The notes beneath the pieces were generated by a model, which saw only the letters and a list, made by a program, of their open reading frames with translations, searched no databases and had not been told where the DNA came from. From NCBI GenBank assembly GCA_963730185.1, contig CAVSQW010000008.1, positions 64,001 to 128,000 of the forward strand: a stretch of DNA of 64,000 nucleotides. The letters run 5' to 3'. Shown one piece after another: positions 29,408-39,401 of this stretch; positions within the stretch are counted from its first letter, which is position 1; each line of letters begins with the position of its first letter. The position numbers and the translations under genes are program-made. Origin of the DNA: an uncultured Gemmatimonadales bacterium. GTDB lineage: Bacteria; Gemmatimonadota; Gemmatimonadetes; Gemmatimonadales; GWC2-71-9.

Positions 29408-30415
29408 TCAGGGCTGGGCGACTTGGTGCCACGACACGCCGTCGAACTCCCAGGTGTCGCCGAACCGTTCGGTGTCACTTTCGCCGCCGAACAGGACGAT
29501 CCGGCCCCGGGCCAGGTCGAGCGCCATGGCATGCCCGACTCTGCCGGCGGGTCCGGAGATCGGTAGCTTAGTCCAGGACGCTCCGTCCCACCTCCAGGTG
29601 TCGGCCAGCACGCCCGCGCCGTCCGAGCCCCCGAAGAGAAGGACCCCACCGCCACCGGGCAGCGTCGCCGCCGCGAATCCCGAGCAGCGGGGTCCCGCGC
29701 TGCTGACGAGCTGCCACTCGCCGGGGCTAGACATCCGATACACCTCGACCTTTCGGTCCGACTGACGGGACTGGATCAGCAGGAGCCCGGCCCCGGTCGG
29801 CGCCTCGCTGACCAAGGTCGGTCCAAATCCACCGACCGGCACGGCGCCGCCGAGCGGAGCCCAGCCGGTGCCGAGAAAGTCGAACTGGTCCGTCAGATCG
29901 GTCCCGGTGGCCGGGTCGAAACCGCCGACCACGACGACCCGTTGTCGGGCGCCGTCGTAACCGGCGGCGGCATGGACCCGCGCGGATGGGCCGCCCATGG
30001 GTCCCCGCGACCACGCGGTGCCATCCCACTCCCAGGCATCCCCGAGGGTGGGGGAATCAGGCGCCGTTCCGATCCGGCCTCCGAACACCAGCAGTCGCCC
30101 GCGCGCCAAGTCGAACGCGGCCGCCGCCGAATTGCGCGCCGTCGGGCCGCCCGTTGCGGCGACCTCCGACCACCCGGTGCCGTCGAACTCCCAGAGGCTG
30201 GCTTGGTCGGCGTCCGGGCTGAGTGCCGGCGTCGCCGGGCCCACGCCGCCAAACAGCATGACGTGGCGACGGACCGCATCGTAGCTCATGACGTGCGACC
30301 GGCGGGCGAGCAGCGTCGGCGCCGGCGCCGGGGAAGTCGCGCCCGATCCGCAGGCCACTGCGGCGGTCGCCAACGCCGCGAAGATCCATGAGGCGAGCAC
30401 TCGACTGGGCACCAT
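29408..30415 (-). CDS. Kelch/galactose-oxidase-type beta-propeller lipoprotein
   Basis: Lipobox AVAC; repeated LFGG...DTWEFDG units. Confidence 0.8.
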   Translation of the reverse strand: MVPSRVLASWIFAALATAAVACGSGATSPAPAPTLLARRSHVMSYDAVRRHVMLFGGVGPATPALSPDADQASLWEFDGTGWSEVAATGGPTARNSAAAAFDLARGRLLVFGGRIGTAPDSPTLGDAWEWDGTAWSRGPMGGPSARVHAAAGYDGARQRVVVVGGFDPATGTDLTDQFDFLGTGWAPLGGAVPVGGFGPTLVSEAPTGAGLLLIQSRQSDRKVEVYRMSSPGEWQLVSSAGPRCSGFAAATLPGGGGVLLFGGSDGAGVLADTWRWDGASWTKLPISGPAGRVGHAMALDLARGRIVLFGGESDTERFGDTWEFDGVSWHQVAQP

Positions 30416-30714
30416 TCATCTCCCGCGGTTCGCGTGGTCGACGCCGACCGGTGAGAGGGGATCGTCAGAGCCCCAAGGTGCGGACTCCCAGCGTCGGGAA
30501 GAAGGGGAGCGCGTCGGACGGGCAACTCGACGCAGCGAACGGACCGGAACGTGGGACGAATGGCGCCTACCTTCGGGTGCCCTTGGGGTGGTGGTCCTTC
30601 TCTTGGGGGTTCCGATCGTGAACTGGCCACACCGACCTGGCCGACCTCTGGCAGCGCCCACTCGTCGGCCACCTCGCGAAAGGTGGCCGTCTCCAGGTGA
30701 ATCGCCGGGGCCGT

Positions 30715-31185
30715 TCAGCGACGCACCCAGTACTCAAGCTCGTGGGCGATCAGGCCGCCCTCGACGAGGTAGACCGCGAGCTGCGTGCGGGCCTGCCGGA
30801 CCCACCTGCCGTCGTCCCCCCGCACCTCGAACTCCAGGCGTTCCTGCGAGGCCACCGCACCGCCTGTGACGATCTGGCGGACGACCGTCAAGCGAGGCCG
30901 TCGGGTCGCGCCCAGGAACCGGCGAATCCCGGCTCCGACGTTGGCTCGGCCGACGATGCGCGCGCCGGCTTGGGGATGCTCGTATACCGCGGAGTCGGTG
31001 AGGAGTCGGAGGACGGCTTCGACGGATGCGTCCGACGCGTCGCCCTCCATAGTCGCGACGCGGGCGGCTCGGTACCGGGCCACGACGGAAGCCGGTTCCG
31101 GCGGTCCGGCCTGCGCCGAGGCCGCAATGGGGAGGATGGCGAGCAGCGTGAGGACGAGGCCCGTCTGAAACGGTCGAGAACTCAC
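30715..31185 (-). CDS. Secreted NTF2/SnoaL-like protein
   Basis: Signal peptide; LLTDSAVYEHP...IVGR...VEGGLIA pattern. Confidence 0.6.
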   Translation of the reverse strand: MSSRPFQTGLVLTLLAILPIAASAQAGPPEPASVVARYRAARVATMEGDASDASVEAVLRLLTDSAVYEHPQAGARIVGRANVGAGIRRFLGATRRPRLTVVRQIVTGGAVASQERLEFEVRGDDGRWVRQARTQLAVYLVEGGLIAHELEYWVRR

Positions 31186-31578
31186 GTTGCTTCCTCGGGG
31201 GTCGGGGCGTCGATCCCTACGGATCAGGACCCAGCCCGGTTCCGATCAGGGAAGGCGCCACCCGGCAGTTCGGACCGAGAGTGTACGCGAGCGCCGCGTC
31301 CGCTCCGAGGGGCGCAGGCATTCCGGAGGCACGGGTTGAGAGAGAACGTCCTCCACCATTGGTCGCACTGTACCGGCCGCCGTCCGGCGCCGACAGCGAA
31401 CGGGGAGCCGCTCGCCGGCCGCGGAGCCAGGTGTCGCAGACCGAGAGGCGGGCGGGACGGTTGTAGTGCGTGTCCGGGGAGGGCGAACCACTCGGAATCG
31501 GCCAGCACCCGACCCCGCCGAGAAGCGCCGGCACCAAGCTACCGGTGAGGACTCGCCGAGCAGCGGGATACCGGTGTC

Positions 31579-32532
31579 TTAGGGCCTCGATGTCGTATCG
31601 CGGCCGCTAATGACCAACCGTTCGGTGCGAGCTGCAATGTCGTAGACGTAGACGCCTGAGACACCGGCAACCTCCTTGGCGTACGTGAAGTACCGTCCAT
31701 CGGGCGATGGGGTCGGCGTCTGCACCGTCTCGCCACCCGTGATGCGGCGTACATTCGTACCATCGGGGTTCATGGCGAAGATCGATGTCGCAGCGCCCAC
31801 CGTGGCCCGGAAGTAGATCGTCTTGCCATCCGTCGTCCATGAGAGGCGACCGATCGGGCCCGGTCCCCGGGCCCATTCCCTCAGACCCGAACCGTTGGGA
31901 TGGACCGCCATCAATCGGGTAGCCTGCCGCATGCGTCGTTGCTGCTCGGGTGTCGCATTCTTCCACAACCAGACCTCCACCGGCTGCTGCAAGAAGAGGA
32001 TCCATCGGCCCTCGGGGCTCCAGGTGGCCGCCATGCTGCTCCGGGTACTGTCGGTCAGTTGACGGTAGCTGTTTCCATCGCTACTGACGACGAAGAGAAG
32101 CTCAACAATCGACGCCCGCACGAATCGTCCTTGGAAGACGATCTGCCGACCGTCCGGCGAGAATCGGGGATTGTAGAATGTCCCGGAGTCCGATCCATGC
32201 ACCCGTCGCACGCCGGAACCATCGGCGTGCATGACATAGATATCCGAGTGCCCATCGCGATCGGACGAGAACGCGATCTCTTTCCCATCCGAGGACCAAG
32301 AAGCGGTCTCGTTGTTGGCGGTGTCGACGGTCAGGCGCTGGAGTCCGGTACCGTCGAGGCGGACAGTGTAGAGCGAGTACTTCCCGTCGCGGGTCGACTC
32401 GAAGAGCAATCGCTTGCCATCGGGAGACCAGGAGGAATTGTAGTATCGTGCCGGCTTGGGGGCGTTCTGGGCGACGACGGCGCTGGCCAGGGCCAGCCAG
32501 CAGCTGAGCGGGACGATCGTTCTCGACCACAT
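31579..32532 (-). CDS. Secreted TolB-like (PD40 repeat) beta-propeller protein
   Basis: WSPDGKR/WSSDGKE/FSPDGRQ repeats; start placed at MWSRTIVP, which begins a signal peptide. Confidence 0.8.
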   Translation of the reverse strand: MWSRTIVPLSCWLALASAVVAQNAPKPARYYNSSWSPDGKRLLFESTRDGKYSLYTVRLDGTGLQRLTVDTANNETASWSSDGKEIAFSSDRDGHSDIYVMHADGSGVRRVHGSDSGTFYNPRFSPDGRQIVFQGRFVRASIVELLFVVSSDGNSYRQLTDSTRSSMAATWSPEGRWILFLQQPVEVWLWKNATPEQQRRMRQATRLMAVHPNGSGLREWARGPGPIGRLSWTTDGKTIYFRATVGAATSIFAMNPDGTNVRRITGGETVQTPTPSPDGRYFTYAKEVAGVSGVYVYDIAARTERLVISGRDTTSRP

Positions 32533-32927
32533 CCCCCGGCTCAACCACTCGATCGCGGCTCGCTGCAGGTCCCACACCGGTTCCGCGACGCGGACCTTGG
32601 GGCCCGAGGCTTTGATCTCCGCTGCCGCCCGCTTCGCCAGCAGCGGTCTCGGACGCGAGAGCTCCGGCAGGGAGGATTCGTCCCTCGTTTCGTACCACTC
32701 CTGGGGCCGGTAGAGGTCTGCTCTCTTCGACGTCTTGGCCAACTCTAACGGCCCAACCTCCGTCTGGGTCACCTTCTCCCGCGTCGGCATGTTCCTGCCC
32801 CCCTAGCTGCGAAGTTCAGAAGCCAGTAACCTCTGCATCGGCATCGCCCGCGTGGGCCAAGACGCCCGCGTCCAGGCGGGCGACGATGAGAGGTGCTGAG
32901 ACTAGAAACCGCCAAGATGGCTTGCGG

Positions 32928-33961
32928 TCAATCCGGCATTCTCTCACGCAAGCGCCGCAACATCTCGCGGGCGCTCGAACTCGCTGGGTCTACCTGCAAA
33001 GCCCTCTCGTACGCGGCGATCGCGTCGGCGCGGTCACCGGCGACGACGTACGCTTCGCCCAACGATTCGAACACGCCATTCACGGCCGGGAACAGCTCCG
33101 CGTTGAACCGAAGGATGGCCACCGCGTCGGTCCGTCGGTCGCGCGACAATAGGACGTGACCGAGCGCATCCAGTTGCCCAGGGCCAAAGTTGAAAGCCGT
33201 CGGCTGTGTCGCCCGGAGGGCGCGGTAGACCCCCAAGGCTGTCGCGACGCCGTGCTGGTCCAGTGTTCGGGCGACCGTGTCGGCGACGGAAGGAGGCGTA
33301 CGTCCGGCAAAGGTCCGATTCTGGTAGCCGGGTCGCTCGGCGTATAGGTCGAGCTCGATGTCGACGGTGTCGGCCAAGAGCGTGAGCGCCGGGTTGTAAC
33401 TCGGATTGAATTTGTTGGTGCCAGCAATGCCGAAATCCTGTCGACTCAACTTCAAGGACCCCTGAAATGCCGTCCGTACCGTGCCGCTGGCGGGACTCGC
33501 ATTCGGCGCGAGGATGACATCGAACGGAATCTCGACTTGCCGAGTGACTCCGTGCATCGAGAGCTGGCCAACCGCCACGAAGAGGACGCCGCGGTATCTC
33601 GACCGGCGAGGGCAAGGTATGGATCTTGCCGCCCGGTCCGATTCGACTGCCAGCCGGGCGAGATTGGATGGCCACGGTCCCTGTCGCGCTGCGGGACCGA
33701 GAATCCCAGCGAACCGATCGCCGGCCATGTCCCATCGCGCTTGAGCTCAGGCGAGCTCGCGACCCGCCGATTCTGCGACCCTCGTGGCGCCAGGACGGCG
33801 TCGAACCGGCTGTTGCGCTTGTCGGTGCGCCCGATTAGGGAGCCGTCGGGAGCCACGTTGGGCACCGCGCCGTAAGCGGGCGACTGTCGAGCGAAGAGCG
33901 CTTGGGCGCCCGGCACCACGACCCAGCTCAATCTGAACGGCAGCCGCAGGTGGCGGTGCAT
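32928..33961 (-). pseudogene. YceI-like domain plus C-terminal TPR protein, 5' part degenerate
   Basis: GQLSMHGVTRQVEIPF...LSRQDFGI (YceI) and FESLGEAY...AYERALQVDP (TPR); the upstream part is frameshifted. Confidence 0.65.
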
Positions 33962-34180
33962 GTGACGTCCGACCCGAAGAGGGCGGTGAAGGGACTGGCA
34001 GCAGCACCCTGAAGCTCGCGCGAGCCGGCCGACGACGCGAGGCGCGCGCAGCCGACAGGCGAGGCGACGCAGCCAATGGCCGGATCGGCATGGTGAGCGC
34101 CCGTCTCCGGACGCCCATCCGCCGGCTGGGGAGGAATCGCGCGCCACACCCGCCACCAACGCTCACCCCCCGGGTCGAAG

Positions 34181-34233
34181 CTCAATACCCTTGGGGGCAA
34201 CCCCGTCCGGGTTCGAGCCCCGGCCCGAGCACC
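34181..34233 (+). pseudogene. Orphan 3' half of a tRNA-Leu-like gene (att-site remnant)
   Basis: CTCAATA loop, CCCTT, variable arm GGGG-CAA-CCCC, T-arm CCGGG-TTCGAGC-CCCGG, acceptor strand CCCGAGC and ACC; no matching 5' half. Confidence 0.65.
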
Positions 34234-34242
34234 TCCAATTCT

Positions 34243-34389
34243 GCCGCGGTGCTCCCGGTGGCCATGTCTTCAGGCGGGCTTTCGATCGGCGTGGAGGTCG
34301 TCGCGAAGCCATGGCGCGAAGACGTCGTCGTTGGGATCGCAAGCGAGGTCGAGCGCCGCTTCGGAGATTGGCACCAGCCGCCCGGCTGA
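34243..34389 (+). pseudogene. C-terminal fragment of an amidase-signature family protein
   Basis: AVLPV...GLSIGVEVVAKPWREDVV...VERRFGDW resembles the amidase C-terminal GLPxGVQ motif. Confidence 0.55.
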
Positions 34390-34547
34390 CCGGCCCCGCC
34401 GCGCCGGACTCCCGGCCGGAATGATCGGCCGCCTCAACGTCCAAACGGCCGAGCTCTTGTTCACCTTGACACGAGTGCCCTCGCCGCGGCCGGAGACAGC
34501 GGGCAACGAACACGGCCCAGACGGGCCCGCAAAGCCCTCGGAACAAG

Positions 34548-34587
34548 TGGGGTTCAGGGGTCGCGGGTTCGAATCCCGGCGTCCCGA
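34548..34587 (+). repeat. attR-like duplicate of the tRNA-Pro 3' end
   Basis: TGGGGTTCAGGGGTCGCGGGTTCGAATCCCGGCGTCCCGA compared with tRNA 24294-24334. Confidence 0.9.
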
Positions 34588-34663
34588 CTAGCGTAAGATG
34601 AACAAAGAAACGAACATAGGGAGCGAGGCCCGTTCAACCGTAATGAGGATAGGTCGACGCACC

Positions 34664-36514
34664 ATGTCCGACCCGCTCCGCGATCCTGCCTGCCTCTTTG
34701 CGCCACCGGCCGTAGCGGTCGAGCGCCGCCCCGACGGCTGCGTGGTGCTCCGGTCGCCCCAAGCGCTCGCGCCCTATCCGCGGGCCATCGGCGAGTACCT
34801 GGTACAGTGGGCGGCGCGCGCCCCCGACCGGCCCTTCCTGCAGGAGCGCGGCCCCGACGGCCGGTGGCGGGGGCCGACCTACGCCGAGGCACTTCGGGCC
34901 GTGCAGCGGATCGCGACCGGCCTGATTCGGCTCGGGCTTTCGGCCGAGCGTCCGGTCATGATCCTGTCCGACAACGGCGTCGACCATGGGCTGCTCACGC
35001 TGGCGGCGCTCCACGTGGGGGTGCCCGCCGTCCCGGTGTCGCCGGCCTACTCGCTGCTCTCCCGGGATTTCCAGAAGCTCCGGCGGATCGTCGAGCTCAC
35101 CGATCCGGGGCTGGTGTACGTGGCGGATCGGACCCGTTTCGCCGCCGCGGTGGGCGCCATTCGAGACCTGTACCGGGGCGCGGTGCTCTCGAGCGGCGCC
35201 GCCGGAGATGGGGGGACGACGCTGGATGAGCTGGCCTCGGACCTCGACGAGCCGGCCGTGGCCGAGCGATTCCGGTCGGTCACGGCCGATACGGTGGCGA
35301 AGCTGCTGTTCACCTCCGGATCCACCGGCGAGCCCAAGGGGGTGGTCAACACCCAGCGGATGCTGGGTGTCGGCCAGCAGGCCCGCACCCAGATCTGGCC
35401 GTTTCTGGCCGAGGAACCGCCCGTGATCGTCGATTGGCTCCCCTGGTCTCATACCTTCGGCGCCAACCACAACTTCAACCTGGTGCTGCGGCACGGCGGC
35501 ACCCTGTATATCGACGGCGGCCGCCCGGTCCCCGGGCTGTTCGAGACGACTCTGGCGAACCTTCGCGATGTCGCCCCCACCATCTACTTCAACGTGCCGC
35601 GGGGGTACGACCTGCTGGTGACGGCGCTTCGGAAAGACCCGCAGCTCCGCCGAAGCTTCTTCCGCCGGCTGCGAGTGATCTTCTACGGCGCCGCCGCACT
35701 GCCGCAGCATCTCTGGGATGCGCTGCTGGAGCTGGCCGAGGCAACCGTCGGCTCGCCGGTTCCGGTGGTGGCCGGCTGGGGCTCCACCGAGACCGCGCCC
35801 CTCGCCGCCGACTGCCACTTCCAGGCCCGCCGGGCCGGCGTGATCGGCCTCCCCGTCCCCGGGACCGAGCTCAAGCTGGTGCCGGCCGGGCCCAAGCTGG
35901 AGGTTCGGGTCCGGGGGCCCAACGTGACGCCCGGATACTGGAAGCGGCCCGATCTCACCGCGGCGAGCTTCGATGAGGAGGGCTTCTATCGGATCGGGGA
36001 CGCGGTCCGGTTCGTGGATCCGGAGCAGCCGGCCGAGGGGCTCCTCTTCGACGGCCGGGTGGCGGAGGATTTCAAGCTGGACAGCGGCACCTGGGTGAGC
36101 GTCGGGATGCTGCGGGTGAACGCGATCGCCGCGCTCGCGCCCGTGGCCCAGGACGTGGTGGTGACGGGTCAGGACCGGCCCGAGATCGGCTTCCTGATCT
36201 TCCCCAACCTGGCGGCGTGCCGGTCGGTCGCGGCGGACCTCGCCCCGGACGCGCCCACCGAGGAGCTCCTGGCGGATCCGGCGGTCCGCGCCGCCGTGGC
36301 ACGGGGTCTGGCGAAGCTCCGCGAGGCCGGAGGCGGGTCCTCGAGCTACGCCACCCGGGCACTGCTGCTCGCGGAGCCGCCGTCGATCGATCGGGGGGAG
36401 ATCACCGACAAGGGGTACCTCAACCAGCGAGCCGTCCTGACCAACCGGACCGCGCTCGTCGCGGCCGTCGACGAGGGCCGCGACGAGGCGGGGATCATCC
36501 GGATCGCAACTTGA
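34664..36514 (+). CDS. fcs: Feruloyl-CoA synthetase-like ligase
   Basis: [59 protein letters not shown] and [15 protein letters not shown]. Confidence 0.85.
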   Translation: MSDPLRDPACLFAPPAVAVERRPDGCVVLRSPQALAPYPRAIGEYLVQWAARAPDRPFLQERGPDGRWRGPTYAEALRAVQRIATGLIRLGLSAERPVMILSDNGVDHGLLTLAALHVGVPAVPVSPAYSLLSRDFQKLRRIVELTDPGLVYVADRTRFAAAVGAIRDLYRGAVLSSGAAGDGGTTLDELASDLDEPAVAERFRSVTADTVAKLLFTSGSTGEPKGVVNTQRMLGVGQQARTQIWPFLAEEPPVIVDWLPWSHTFGANHNFNLVLRHGGTLYIDGGRPVPGLFETTLANLRDVAPTIYFNVPRGYDLLVTALRKDPQLRRSFFRRLRVIFYGAAALPQHLWDALLELAEATVGSPVPVVAGWGSTETAPLAADCHFQARRAGVIGLPVPGTELKLVPAGPKLEVRVRGPNVTPGYWKRPDLTAASFDEEGFYRIGDAVRFVDPEQPAEGLLFDGRVAEDFKLDSGTWVSVGMLRVNAIAALAPVAQDVVVTGQDRPEIGFLIFPNLAACRSVAADLAPDAPTEELLADPAVRAAVARGLAKLREAGGGSSSYATRALLLAEPPSIDRGEITDKGYLNQRAVLTNRTALVAAVDEGRDEAGIIRIAT

Positions 36515-38081
36515 AGCGCTGGATCTTGCCCGTTGCGGTCTTCGGCAGCTCGGCGAGGACCTCGATCCAGCGGGGGTATTTCCAAGGCCCGGCCGTCTCT
36601 TTGACGTGGGCCCGGAGCTCCTCGAAGAGCGGCTCGGCCGGCTCGTAACCCGCGTTCAGGACCACGAAGGCCTTCGGCTTGATGAGGCCCTCCTCGTCCT
36701 CCTGACCCACGACCGCGGCTTCGAGCACCGCGGGATGGGAGACCAGCGCCGACTCCACTTCGAACGGCGCCACCCAGATTCCGCTCGACCTTGAACATGT
36801 CGTCGGTGCGCCCGCGTACCGGTAGTAGCCGTCGTCGTCCACCCAGTACTTGTCGCCGGTGCGGATCCACTCGCCCAGGAAGGTGCGCGGCTCCGCTCCC
36901 GCCGGTTCCAGTACCTTCCGCCGCGGTCGGTCCCTTGATCAACAGCTCGCCCATGGTCGCCGGGGGCCACGGGCGCGCCGGCTTCGTCCACGATCCGCAG
37001 CTCGTACCCCGGCACCGGCTTGCCGGTGGTTCCGTGGCGCACGTCGCCGGGGCGGTTGGTGATGAACATGTGGAGCATCTCGGTGGAGCCGATGCCGTCG
37101 AGGATGTCGATCGCCCACCGGTCCCGCCACGAGGCCGACGCCGCCGGCAGGGCCTCTCCGGCCGAGAGGCAGACCCGGAGCCGGGCCGAGCCGGCGCCCC
37201 GACCCAGTGCCGGCGCGGCCAGCAGGGCGGCGTAGAGCGTGGGCACTCCGCAGAACACGGTCGGCTGGTGGCGTGCCATCGTCGCCAGCACGGTCTCGGG
37301 CGTCGGCCGCTCGACCAGGAGCGCCGTCGTGGCGCCGACCGCCAGGGGGAAGGACATCCCGTTGCCAAGCCCGTAGGCGAAGAAGAGCTTGGCCGCGGAG
37401 AAGACGACGTCGTCCTCCCGGATGCCGACCACGCCGCGGCCGAAGAGCTCCGCCGTGGCGACGGGACTGGCGTGAACGTGGCGGGCGCCCTTCGGGATGG
37501 CCGGTCGAGCCCGAGGTGTAGAGCCAGAAGGCGACCTCGTCCGCGTGGGTGTCGGCCCCGGGTGGCTCGGCCGGCCCCGCCGCAACGACCCGGTCGAAGT
37601 CGAGCACCGTCCGGCCGTCTCCCGCGCCGCCCGCTGCGACGACGATGAGCCCGCGGGCCTCGTGCAAACGGGCCAGCATCGGACCGGCCCGCTCCAGGAG
37701 CTCGGCCGAGATCACCACGGCGGCCGCCCGGCTGTCCTCGATCATGTACTGCCACTGATCGGGCGAGAGGAGCGTGTTGATGGGGACGGCGACGACGCCC
37801 GCCTTGATCGCTCCCCAGAACGCCACCGGAAAATCCACGGTGTCGAGGAGCAGGAGCACGACCCGGTCTTCGCGGCGAAGCCCGAGCCCCCGGAGCGCGT
37901 TGGCGAACCGGTCGGTCCGCTCGGCCAGCGCGGCATAGCTGAGCTCGCGGCGGGGGTCGACGAACGCCGCCTTCCGGCCCCGCCCGGCGGGCAGGTGGCG
38001 GTCGACCAGATCCGCCCCCGCGTTGTAGCGACCGGTCGGGGGCGTCCAGGTGTCGGGCAGGTCGTTCGCGAGGTTCTCCAT
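36495..38081 (-). CDS. Benzoate/4-hydroxybenzoate-CoA ligase family; frameshifted
   Basis: YNAGADLVDR, LLLDTVDFPVAFWGAIKAG, FWLYTSGSTG, FSAAKLFFAYGLGNG, DGIGSTEMLH and [15 protein letters not shown], spread across frames. Confidence 0.85.
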
Positions 38082-38237
38082 ATGCGCCGCCGTCTGCTCT
38101 GGATCGAACGCGGGCCGGCCGGGCGTCGCCCGAAGCTATCTCACTCCCCGGGTGGGCGAAACCTGACCCAGCCGTCCTGGTTGCGGTCGGAGCGCCGGGC
38201 GACCCGGGTGGCGCGCCGGGATCGCCACAGGTATCTT

Positions 38238-38255
38238 TTTGAACAATGGTTCAAA
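38238..38255. promoter_or_regulatory. TetR-type operator palindrome overlapping the regulator start codon
   Basis: TTTGAAC-AATG-GTTCAAA, in the divergent ligase/TetR region. Confidence 0.65.
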
Positions 38256-38892
38256 TTACTAGCAGCCGCCCGCGGCGGCCCCGGCGCTCCCACGGCGACC
38301 GGAAGACCGAAATCCTCCGGCAGGCTGCCGACGCCTTCCGCACGCACGGCTTCCACGGAGTCGGGATGCGGGAGATCGCGAAGACACTCGGCATGACGCC
38401 GGGAAGTCTCTATTACTACTTCGAGAGCAAGGACGATCTCCTCTACGTCTGTCAAAAGACGGCGCTGACGACCCTGCTCGCGGCGGCCCGGCGAGCCGTG
38501 CGATCGACGGCGTCGCCGGAGGCCAAGATCCGGGCGATCGTCGTGGCCCATCTCCACTGCCTTCTGGAAGAGACGGGTGGCAGCGCCGCGCACCTCGAGT
38601 TCCGGGCTCTTCCGGGCGCCCGCCGGGCCGAAATCGCCCGGCAGCGCGACGCCTACGAGCGGCTGATCGGCCGGATCATCGGGGACGGCATCGCGGTTGG
38701 GGCGTTTCGGCCGGCCGACCCCGACTCGCCACCCTGGCGATGCTCGGGACCCTCAATTCCACCGTCGTCTGGTGGCGACCGGACGGGCCGAGGCCGGTCG
38801 CCGAGGTCGCCGATGCGTTCGCGTCTTTCATTCTCGGAGGACTGGTCGGATGTCCCACGCAATCCACGCCACGCCGGAGCCAGGCGTGCTGA
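38246..38892 (+). CDS. TetR/AcrR family regulator; frameshift near 38725
   Basis: EILRQAADAF...GFHGVGMREIA...GSLYYYFESKDDLL; the C-terminal LNSTVVWWRPDG is in a shifted frame. Confidence 0.85.
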
Positions 38893-39401
38893 CCAAGGTC
38901 CACGCCGCCTTTCAGGTCAACGGCGAGAGGGCTGAGACGGCCTTTGCCCCGACCAGACGCTGCTCGAGGTTCTGCGCGAAGATCTGGGCCTCACCGGCAC
39001 CAAGCATGGCTGCGAGCTCGGCGAGTGCGGGGCCTGCGCCGTGCTTCTCGACGGCGAGCCGGTGCTCTCCTGTCTGGTGCTCGGCCTCGAGTGCGAGGGC
39101 CGCGATCGACGACGGTCGAGGGGCTCGCCGCAGCGACGGCCGCCTGCATCCGCTCCAGGACGGCCTTCGCGGACCTGGGCGCGGCGCAGTGCGGCTACTG
39201 CACGCCGGGCATCCTGGTGCACGGCGAAGGCGTTGCTCGACCGCGAGCCGGCCCCGCCGCGCAGAGATCCGGGAGGCGCTCGCCGGCAACCTGTGCCGCT
39301 GCACCGGCTACCTGCAGATCTTCGAAGCCGTCGAGGAGGCCGCCGGCGGGCCGGAGGCGAGCCGCGCCTGGCGGGCGCCAGCGACGAGGAGCCACCGATG
39401 A
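38850..39401 (+). CDS. hcrC: 2x[2Fe-2S] subunit, xanthine dehydrogenase family (4-hydroxybenzoyl-CoA reductase gamma-like); frameshifted
   Basis: GTKHGCELGECGAC, LSCL, AQCGYCTPG and GNLCRCTGY across frames. Confidence 0.75.
   Translation: MSHAIHATPEPGVLTKVHAAFQVNGERAETAFAPTRRCSRFCAKIWASPAPSMAASSASAGPAPCFSTASRCSPVWCSASSARAAIDDGRGARRSDGRLHPLQDGLRGPGRGAVRLLHAGHPGARRRRCSTASRPRRAEIREALAGNLCRCTGYLQIFEAVEEAAGGPEASRAWRAPATRSHR

Larger units (their letters stand above)
24294..34587. mobile_element. Putative decayed genomic island integrated at tRNA-Pro; no integrase visible
   Basis: The 3' 41 nt of the tRNA (24294-24334) recur at 34548-34587 with one indel and one mismatch. The interior holds gene fragments and an orphan tRNA-Leu half. 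Confidence 0.75.

Noticed and set aside
34500..34547. GGGCAA...CGCAAAGCC as a c-di-GMP-I riboswitch
   Set aside because: No GNRA-capped P2 stem or P3 receptor helix, and it abuts the att repeat.
34548..34587. Second functional tRNA-Pro
   Set aside because: Only the 3' half is present, with no acceptor 5' strand or D-arm; treated as an att repeat.
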